From Asterias rubens (Eukaryota): DNA of 64,000 nt. Both the position numbers and the translations under genes were made by a program. Under the pieces are notes generated by a model. The model was given only the letters and a program-made list of their open reading frames with translations. It was not told where the DNA came from and ran no database searches. Location of the stretch: positions 682,001 through 746,000 of the forward strand of contig NC_047064.1 in NCBI RefSeq assembly GCF_902459465.1, in the 5' to 3' direction. Numbering within the stretch: position 1 is the stretch's first letter; each line of letters starts with the position of its first letter. Shown here in pieces: positions 33,517-43,600 of the stretch.

Positions 33517-34551
33517 TCAAGTCCATTCATCATGTGTTTTGTGACTGGAGTTACGGCCTTGTGACCGATGCTGAGTGTCCTGCTGTCTTTCATTCGGTCT
33601 CTCATTAGACCATCTATCATGGCGACCATCAGAGTATCGTTCTCGTTGACCTCTTTGGGGTTGTGACCCTTGACCTTGTCTATCTCGCTGTCTCCAGTCT
33701 TGATTATGAGAAGAATTACCCCATTGTTGATTACGACCCTGTTGACCCCATCCACCGTCCCTCTCACGATGGTGACCTCCATGATGACCTCCATGTTGAC
33801 CTCTATGATCGTATTGTGGCCTCTTTGAAGGACCGTAACCTCTGTCTTGGTTATTTCTATGATCCTGGTAACTATGGTAACAAAAGAGAATAATTATAAA
33901 TACACTCAAGGATAATTCAAAAGGTCAAGTTAATCCTTAAAATCCTTAATGCTTTAAATTGTTAACAAATTTGTTAAAAAACTCAATTCTTATAAAAACT
34001 GCACAAAATTGCATTTAGACTTTGATCATCAGTGGTCTGAATACACAACATTGGGAAAGTTACTTCATCCAAAGAAAATAATAATGCAACCTGCGCTTGA
34101 TTCATTGTAAGACAAGTTGCCAAAATCACCACCAGAAATTTATTTTGTGACATATTTGCTTAGCAATTAAGAAGGATACATGGTTAAGATCATGTGAATT
34201 GCTGTAACACCACTAATATCTCTTTTGAGCAGTTGTTAACCACTGGTTCTTTTCAGAGCCAACACTACTCAAAAGAGATATTCACATGGTGGTGTTACCC
34301 ACAAACCTCTCTTAGTTAACAACAAACCTGTCATTCCAGCTTCTCTTTTGTTGTCTGATGAAGTAATTTTCCATGATGGGTGGGGGGTCCATTCCTTTGG
34401 TTTTATAGGGTTTGAAGAATGGATCGTCGTCACTGTACCTAGATGAAAACATCTCCTGATATTTTTGGACTATATCTGAACTTGTTGGGTTTTCAGCAGA
34501 TACTTTTTCTGTGCTAACATCTGTAGGTGTTTTGTCCCCTGCAGAATCCAT
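33517..34551 (-). CDS. RAMAC: RNA guanine-7 methyltransferase activating subunit RAM (FAM103A1), 192 aa
   Basis: Exons 34551-34328 and 33871-33517 (GT-AG, phase 2, TGA 33517-33519). KYQEMFSSRYSDDDPFFKPYKTKGMDPPPIMENY matches the RAM RNMT-activating motif (human KFEEMFASRFTEND...PPIVEEW), followed by an R/G/Q/H/D-rich RNA-binding tail. The 5'UTR acceptor is at 34608-34609. Confidence 0.85.
34246..34315 (+). repeat. Short interspersed repeat family H
   Basis: ttcttttcaga(a/g)ccaacactactc...gagatatt..acat(g)gtgttaccgcaaacctct recurs at about 14331, 41547, 44430-44545 and 61860. Confidence 0.65.
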
Positions 34552-35742
34552 GGTGGGAAGCGTTACTTTGATCTGATATCTAAAACATAAGACTCCAGCG
34601 TTATGACCTGAAAAAAGGACAAGGAAATGTTATTTCCATTTTAATTTAGGTAATACCAGCTTTGAATAAATATATCACCAATTTCGTCAAAAAACAAGAC
34701 AGAGTCACTCAAACAAACCACTATTTGTTGTTGTTTTCCGAATATAAAAGGTGACAACAAAAATGTATGGTTCACATTCACACACCAGAGCATGTGTGCC
34801 GACACCTTCAATCTGAAACCTCAAATCCTATTGTAGCTCTTTTGTTTGTACTTTTTGGCAACATAACAGCTCCCATTGGTTTTGAGAACCTTCACTCAAC
34901 CAGGAAGTTCACCTATTGTCCTCTTTTGTAAAATATAATAATTTTTATGTCCCTGGTGGTCAGAATTAACCCACTCACAGCTTGTTTAACTATTTTAATG
35001 ATAGTTTTAAATAAAAATATAAAAATAATTACAGTATGCCATGTTTGGTTTGATTCCTCTCGTCTAATCTTACTAGTACTGCTCTTTTCCCCATTTAAAC
35101 TTTGACTAGAGAATGTAAAATAGTTTTACAAGTATTATTATGTTGACCCCCCCCAAAAAAAAAAACAAAAAAAAACATTGGTTTTATTTAACGTCTGTGA
35201 TTATGAATTGCACAAATCAAGAAATTGTGATTCATCTAGTTGATAATTTCTATTCATTATTGGGAAATCAGTGACTAGCTTTGATAGGATTCGAACCCAC
35301 AGAATATCAATCACCCTTTAATTTAATTCCTTGTTTTGTTGTTAGTGATAAATTATTTCATGAGTTGGTTAAATAAATTAAACTGCTACAGTACAAACTA
35401 TAACTGTAGTCAGACCCAGTATGTGCCAATAACTCGGTCTTACAACCTAATTAACCATTCAAGTAAAAATTCAGAAAGAGGAGTACAGTGCAGACTTTTC
35501 AGCCATGGCAGAAAATTGTATTTTTTTGATGATGTTTTTTAATTTCACTCAACAAAAAGGAAATGCAAGCATTATGAATGTATATTGAGTAGGTTCGGGA
35601 AAGCTTTAGGTGTACAGTACACAGTAAACTTCAGTTCTGGCTGGCTAACGGTCGTGAAACTTTCACCCATCAACATTGATTTGAAAAACGTATAGCATTA
35701 AACATAAGGAGGCCCTATTGTGAGACCCCTATAATATAAATT

Positions 35743-35874
35743 GGAAAAGTTTCCGTATGGCGCCACCACTTTTTCATTCGATATGAAATAATATAGTATC
35801 TAATTTACCTCAATGAGATATCCCTTTTTGTAAAAATGAGTGAAACGGTGGTGGCGCCATACGGAAAGTTATCC
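35743..35874 (-). mobile_element. 132-bp MITE family F in RAMAC 5' intron
   Basis: TIR ggaaaagtttccgtatggcgccaccac / gtggtggcgccatacggaaagttatcc; about 90% identical by eye to the reverse complement of 37251-37383. Confidence 0.85.
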
Positions 35875-36146
35875 TATAAATGATCAGGCTCACAGTCACA
35901 GGGGAGCCTTGTAGTTTCTTGAAGTATCGTGCGGTACAAACTTACGCACAGTGTATACGGGTGGGTTTTTATACAGCGGCGGTCCTTTTTCGGAGTGAAT
36001 AATTCGACTGCCTTTAGCAAGGCTATCACACAGAGTATACACATTGGCTGGTCATCAGAGATGATCAGAGGTTGGTTGAGAGAGTTGGCAATGGCGAATG
36101 GCAGTGTGAGTGTGTAATCACTGACGACGACGTCCATTAAACTTAC

Positions 36147-37052
36147 CTTTTCTGTTTCGTTTTGACTTCGGCATTTCTGAATCCTATTCTATAATGCGTA
36201 ATTCAGGAGAATTCTTTCACAAGATTACACAATAGAAATATGCCTGAATTTTCTTTCATTAAAAGTTGAAAATAGCTTACCTTTGCAGTTTGCTTTGTTG
36301 TTTTGCCTGTAGTTTTTAATTTTACACCAAGTTTTGTGTAAAGACATGAGTAGTTTGGTACCCATACCAAGGTGAACCAAAACTACCACACTTTACGTTT
36401 GGAGTTTAGACCTTAAATTTTAGTAACGGCTGTTGCATGAAAATAGTAGGGTTTGATTTGCAAAAGAGGGTTTGGTAACAATTAATAAATTCAAAAACAC
36501 ATTGAAATATGCTATTAAGACAAAATAAGTCACATTGGTCTTTTATTTTGTATTGAATGATACGAACACAAAGAACAAAATATAAATAGTTTATAGTTTT
36601 GCAACAGTCGTCGTATCTTAACAAGCCTAACTAGGAAGCTCTGTCGCCGTGATTTATTGCACATTAAAATAGCTGTTTGTGCGATAGAATTTCCTAGTGT
36701 AGTAACTGTGTGTTTTGGTTCCAGGGAGGGTATGTGGGCAACCAAGGAAGTGATGGTGCAATAGTTTGCAATAAATAGTAAGACAAAATTAGAAGTTAGC
36801 AGTTTACATCGTCCAAGTATGGTGCTGAGATCGGGATGATAAACTAGAATGTTCTGAACTACGTTGAATAACATCCATGGTCAATCGTCAGCCTACTAAT
36901 AAAAACTGTCTCCACTACCAATACCATACACAAATAAGATAAGTCGGGGTCGGAAGTACCAGCTCCAGAGAGAGAGAGAGGAGGGGCGTAGCGTAGCAGG
37001 TTGTGAGAAGTTGTTTACTTCCTTCTACTTCACAGTCCTAATTGAGTTGAGG
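36147..37052. promoter_or_regulatory. Putative bidirectional promoter shared by RAMAC (-) and TEP1 (+)
   Basis: Minus-strand donors GTAAG at 36146 and 36280 (RAMAC first-exon candidates) and a plus-strand donor G|GTAAGA at 37053 (TEP1 first exon) face away from each other. An ETS-like CGGAAGT at 36951 and a GA repeat at about 36968-36983 lie between them. Confidence 0.6.
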
Positions 37053-37189
37053 GTAAGAGTAAAGATGATAAGTAAGATGATGTAAAGATGATGTAAGAGT
37101 AAAGATCTTTGGTAAGACGGTTGTGTATAGTCTGTTTTAAAAATGATGAGATGGTCGTAAATTATTATTATGAATGGCTTCAATCATTT

Positions 37190-37565
37190 TGGATAACTTT
37201 CCTTATTTATGGCGCCACCACATTTTCACTCATTTTTACAAAAAGGGATAGGATAACTTTCCGTATGGCGCCACCACTTTTTCACTCATTTTTACAAAAA
37301 GGGATATCTCATTGAGGTAAATTAGAATTTGATATTTTTTCATATCGAATGAAAAAGTGGTGGCGCCATACGGAAACTTTTCCAAGGGATATCTCATTGA
37401 GGTAAATTAGATACTATATTATTTAATATCAAATGAAAAGTGGTGGGTGCCATAGGGAAACTTTTCCGTAAAGATATCTGTATCCTGCCACCACTTATCA
37501 CTCATTTTTACCAATTTAATTGAGTAAATTAGATACTTATTTATTTCATAACGAATAAAAAAGTG
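37190..37565 (+). mobile_element. Cluster of tandem full and partial MITE family F copies in TEP1 intron 1
   Basis: One full copy at 37251-37383 plus partial 5' and 3' halves repeated on either side. Confidence 0.82.
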
Positions 37566-37667
37566 ATGCTATAGGAATTGGGATATTTTATATACATATA
37601 AATTTTCCCCCAAGACAGCAGCATTTATATGTTATTAATTGTGCTTTCATTCAGGAATTGAGACATC

Positions 37668-40600
37668 ATGAAGACTGAACTCAAGTCACGTTTAGACAAC
37701 CCTCTTCTGACGTCATCAAGACAGAGCGGTATAGGTAGCCTCACCTCGGGCCCTAGGCTCTCTTCTTCATTAGTTAATCCTCTCCTACAGTCAATGAGCA
37801 GTAAATCTACTGAGATTGGATCAAGGTATGCCCCTTCCAAGGATAAGAATGCGACGGGGTCTTACTCCAGCTTCAAGCCAGTCTCGCTCAATCTGAAGCA
37901 AGAATCTCTCAGCCTTCAGAGTAATCGCCTCCTTCTTGGATCCAAGTTGACACCTCTCACATCCTCTTTGCTCAGCACGTCTAAAACCAGCAGTCTCCAA
38001 GGAGGCTCTTACAAAACGACCCTCTCCACAAAGTCTCCTCTCATCAACCAGTCGACAAGTCTAGGCTCTAGCTCCTTAAAGAAACCTACAGTTACTAATA
38101 CATTGATAAAGCCTTCCCAGCAAAGACAAGTGAAACCAGCTGGGTTTCAGCAACCCTCTCACCTCCCTAAGAAGGCTGTTGCAGAGAACAGACAGGTTCT
38201 TATTGATGAGACGGTGGGGAACTTTGAAATTCCTGATTATGATTTTCACTTTGATGTCAAAGAGAGAGATGATCAGTTTTGGGGACAGGATGACGAGACT
38301 TCATTTGAAACTGTAAATCCTGAATTGTTGTCGTTGATGATTTCATCAGAAGATATCAACTCAAAGAAGGTAAATCTTCGGAGAAAACTTCAAGTATCAA
38401 TTTTTTTCTTCACTTGTTTAAATTTGATAAGTAGGACTGATCATGCTGAAAACTCTATAATGTTTTCTTTTCTTTTTATGTTGATCAGCCAAACTTTTGT
38501 TTATTTTTATTTAATAACCAATGTTGCCAATACAAATCTAAACATTCACAATTTGATTTTTACCCCCACCAAAGTTATAAATATAATTTGTCAAGAAGCT
38601 CTGCTCCATGATGTATTTCTTGTACACTAGTTTGATGCTGTATGTCAACCTCTTACATCAGCCATTGATTCATATTATGGTATGACAGCCAGGCTATGAT
38701 CCTTGTAGCCAGGCTATAATTCATGTAGTGTGATAGCCAGGCTATGAAGTCCAGGGTGACAGACTAGCCAGGCCCTGTGCTTGATGATTCACCATGGATG
38801 CATGCATTACAACACACTTGATTACAATGTATGGTGTAATAATCATCTTATCTTGTTCAAACCAACATGGCCCTATTTCGTTCAAACCAGCATGGCCCTA
38901 TTTCGTTTAAGCAGAAAATACTTCTTGACAACTTTCTTTGTTAATCATTAAATGAGTGGGGCACCAGTTGCATTTATGTAAACTTAGAGCAAAATTTTTC
39001 TGTGCTGAGCAAATTTAAATGCGCACAGACTTTATGAAATTGGACCCTGCTCAGCTGAAAGACTTAGGCTCCTTCAAATACTTTAAAACATTTGGTACAG
39101 AGCTATAAACAGCCAGACACAACCTAAGCCATAGCCAGACACAACCTAAGCCATAGCCAGACACAACCTAAGCCACAGCCAAAGCGGAATCTAGATTTGC
39201 TAAGCAGACGAAAGACAAACTACCAGCCAAAATACCAAGGGATATATATTGTAACTCTGGCTCCCAAAAAGTGTCTCCTGAAAGTGTATAATACAAAATT
39301 TGCTAAGCAACATTTTCTTCAAGTTAGTGAACTGTGTCTCTGATGTCATAAAAAGTTCATACAAACCACCCCTTCCAAATCTAATATTAATACAAGGCTA
39401 GATCTTTCTACATAATTTCGCCATCGTTTTTTTCATTTCACATTTTCAAACTATTTTAAAAAATGTATTGGAATGTTATTTCATTCAAATGTATAGGCCT
39501 AGGCCTAAAGCATTTTGTTCTGCATGTAGGCCCAACTCTTTTTTAGATTGAAATGGACAAACGTTAGGCTATTTGAACATTTTCCACTTTTATTCTAATG
39601 ATTCAATGAAGTAAATAAGTTGTTTCTTCCTTTCCTTCTCACGATTAGAGATCTTTTATAAACATGATCAGCTCAGCATTGATTCACAGTCCCCATCTTG
39701 AGTCAAGAAAGGATGCAACAAGAACAGCTCTGATTAAAGAAGCCAACCCAGTCATCCTGTCAGATCCTGAATTCATCCTCAAGGTTGGTTCAAAGGGTTT
39801 ACTCAGACTTCAAGAGAATATCTTCATTAGAAGAACTATTTATCTTTACTGTAGAAGAACTAAAAACTATGAGGGATAACATTAGTTATTTACTCTTATT
39901 GCCAAGGACTTTTAGAAAAGAGAACTTAAAGGGCCACGTTGCCTCGGATCTGTCGAGTTGGTCTATGAAAAGTGTTTGAAACCGTTTGTTATAAAATGCA
40001 TATGGTTGGAAATATGGTTTAAAAGTAGAATATAATGATCTGCAAAAATATGCCTCGAAAATGCATGGTTTTCCTTTTATTTTGCAAACTAACACGGTCG
40101 GCCATTTTGTGGAGTAAAACATTTTACTTATTCATTTTATAACAAACGGTTTCAAATACTTTTCATAGACCAATTCACCCGATCCAAGGCAACGCACACT
40201 TTTAATCACTGTACTAGGCAAGGACACTGGAGAAAACATAAAAGGAAGTGTCAGTTTTAGATGTGGTGGAAAACATGCAGTCAGGTGGTAGGGACTGAAA
40301 ACCCAATCCACATAATTCCCCCTGCAGGATTTGCACAGGGGTCCTAGAGGTGGAAGCCAACCTGCATTTATGTGAGCATAGCCACAAACTATGGAGCACC
40401 TCCTGAAATGCCCCCTACTGGAACAAGAATGCAAAACTGAGGACCCTGCAGAGTACAATGATATTGCTAGGAGCTGTGTTCAGTTCTGGCTGAAACACAA
40501 TATCTAGTGTGTATGGACACGATAAGAAAAAGCCAACCCGACCATCCTAAAATTGCATCTCTTTCCATTAGGAAAGAGAGAGAGAAACCAAATCATATTT

Positions 40601-43600
40601 GTTCATTTCTTCATCCTAAAGTTAACCCTTATTCCCTCCATACTTCTCCTTGCAGGTTGCTTTGTATACTCGACGTGAATTAAACATCCGAACTGCTGCC
40701 AACTTTCTGCTGGCCCTGGCTGCCAATCATCGTGAATGTCGACCTTACATGAAGAAATACTTCCAGAAGTCCATCGTTCTCCCGTCTGACTGGGCATCTG
40801 TAGCTGACTTATATCTTGTAAGCTTGAATTTACCAAATTTTTTACCACATGGGATGCTTTCAGTGGCAAAATTCTTGCATCAGTCAGTCAGTTGAGCGAG
40901 AGGTTGTTTTTATCCAATGCCTTCTCGGGAAACTCTGGATGTGCATAACAATTACTACAGTTTGTGATATTGCTAACAAATTATTTTTAATTTGTTTTCT
41001 CCGCAGACATTCCACGACAAAAACCTGAGCTATAAGTCGCTGCCTTCTGCTCTTCGTAAAGTGATGGTTGCAAAGTTTCCTGACTTTGACACTTATCAGT
41101 TGGGTAAGAGAAAAGAATCCAAGAAAGCTTGGTCCCAGTTTGATTCATCTGTGTCAAACCAAATTCAAATTATGATCTATGTTTGTAAAGAGGGAGGCCG
41201 GTTACCAGGAGAAAATGGGGATGCCGTTTATCAGGGAGGAACGGGGAAGGAATGTTTTTTTATTTTTTTTTTTCACTTTAAAAAGCCTATTTTGAGTGCT
41301 TTAGGGTTTAAAGAACCTTTTAAAAAAAAACCATTTTGATTAAGAATATAGGGAAACAACTCTAAACAACTTTAAATATCTCTTGTATATAATCTTGATT
41401 ACCTCCCATCCACTCACACCATACAAACCTTGCTGATCAGTTGTGGTTATGAAACAAAGTAAAAACAGTGCACCTCTAAAGGTTACTCAGCATTCTCCTG
41501 AAGTTGATCAGAGCGTGCTGATTGAAACGTTGAGTTATTAAGCACCGGTTCTTTTCAGATCCAACACTACTCCAAAGAGATTTTCACATAGTGTTACCGC
41601 AAACCTCTCTAGTTATATTTCCAACATGCAAAGTTTAAAATCCTAAATCTCATCTCACAGGCAAATACAACAAGACAAAAAAGAAGGCATCTAAGAAGAA
41701 ATACATCAAAAAGAAGAAACCACCACAGGAGAATGATGAGGAGGCAGACGGAGACGGGGATGGTGAGGAAGGAGGGAGTGAGGATGAGGCGGGTGGAGCT
41801 AAGAAGGAAGAAGCTGAAGATGACATCCATGCTGATAGCGATGATGATGTTGATCTATGTGATCATTACACTCTTAAGCAGCTCATTAGGAAGCTACACA
41901 TCATGGAACCAGTAGAGAGTGTTATGGGCCTCGTTGGCAAAAAGTTAGAATCACTTCATATTTTCTTCATTTTCTTCTTCAATAAGTCAGATTTAGGTTT
42001 ACCTTAAGGAAACTATCTTAGATAATTATAATGATTTGTAAATAATTTGAGATTTACATTCCAACACCCTGTACACAAAAGTAATCAAAAGCGCATGACA
42101 AATCTGAAAATTTACTGTCTTTCTCCGCTGAAAAACACTGGGGCTTGATAGTTTGAAACATACACCATGCAATGCCTCAATGTCTGTTTTTTGTTTGTGT
42201 TTTTTGGGGGAAGTGTTTTGACCCTCTTTCTTTGGTAATAATCAGGTACCCAGAAGATCTGGAGTCTTTCTACAAGACACGCCTCCCAGGTACTTGGGAC
42301 CCAGACCGTGCTGGCAAGAGAATGAGACTTCCAACACCAGAGACCTGGGAAACACAGATATCGCAAACAGGAAACAAAGCCGCTACTTGGGAGCAACTTA
42401 TAGGTCAGACAAGTTTATTTAAACTCTTAAGAATTCCTTTTGTTCGTTTTGTTTCATTCAACATCCATTTTTTTCTGTGATTTGATTTTGTTGTGTTTGG
42501 TTTATTGAAATTATTATTATTATTTATTCGGCCAAGATTTCAACTAACAGTACAAGATACAATATTACCGTACTAAAGAAATATAACAGTATAAGAAACA
42601 ATGAGTGTAAACTTATGACGCCTAGAACAAAATCAAAATAAACTCAAAATAATAAAAATAAAACAAAATAAAATCATAGAGGCATTGGACACCTTTGGTA
42701 ATTGTCAAAGACCAGTCTTCTCACTTGGTGTATCCCAACATGCATAAAATAACAAACCTGTGAAAGTTTGGGCTCAACTGGACATCGCAGTTGCAAGAGA
42801 ATAATGAAAGAAGAACACCCTTGTTGCATTACTTTGTGTGCTTTGGATGCATAATAAAAGGCTTCAGCCAAGGTCTGTTATTATTTGAGTGAGAAATTAC
42901 TTCGTTCTCAAAAACTATGTTACCTCAGAGGAGCAGTTTCTCACAATGTTTTGTACTATCAACAGCTCTCCATTGCTCGTTACCAAGTAATTTTTTAATG
43001 CTAACAATTATTTGAGTAATTACCAATAGTGTCCAGTTCCTTAAAGTACCATTATTAGCAAAGTTCTTTTTCAGGAGTGTATTTCTATATAACTGATATG
43101 GCGCTTTACAAATGTCCATTATTATTCTTCTTATTGTTGGGATCTTTCTGAACTTATACAATACAGATCATAAGAAGCTTCCGTTTATGGCCATGCTGAG
43201 AAACTTGCGTAACATGACGGTGGCCGGTGTCGGGCCCAAGTACCAGGCATGGATTATCCGTAAACTTACCGATGAGCAAACGGTGATTAACAGCAAGCAG
43301 TTTCCATTACGCTTCTTCTCAGCGTACGACGTACTGGACACTATGGAACTAAATCTGAAACAATCTGAAGGAAGTAAGTGTTGATTACTTGAGTGTCTGG
43401 GATCACTGTTTGAAACTGTTTTCGAAGTATCTTTCTAATAATGTGCATTGGTTGAGATAGTTGGCTGAATTCATGGGTATCAATTCATTGCTCGTCGTGG
43501 TGGAGTGGTCTGGAAAATCAAGTTCTAATGGCTGAGTTATCAGAGTGTGGGTTAAAATCCTTGTCAAGTAAACACGCATGTGTTCTTGGGCAAAACACTT

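Noticed and set aside
38370-38630. C-terminal hydrophobic part of the 320-aa ORF read as a transmembrane segment
   Set aside because: It is intron read-through after the donor AAG|GTAAAT at 38370; the next exon (39649) continues in phase into TROVE.
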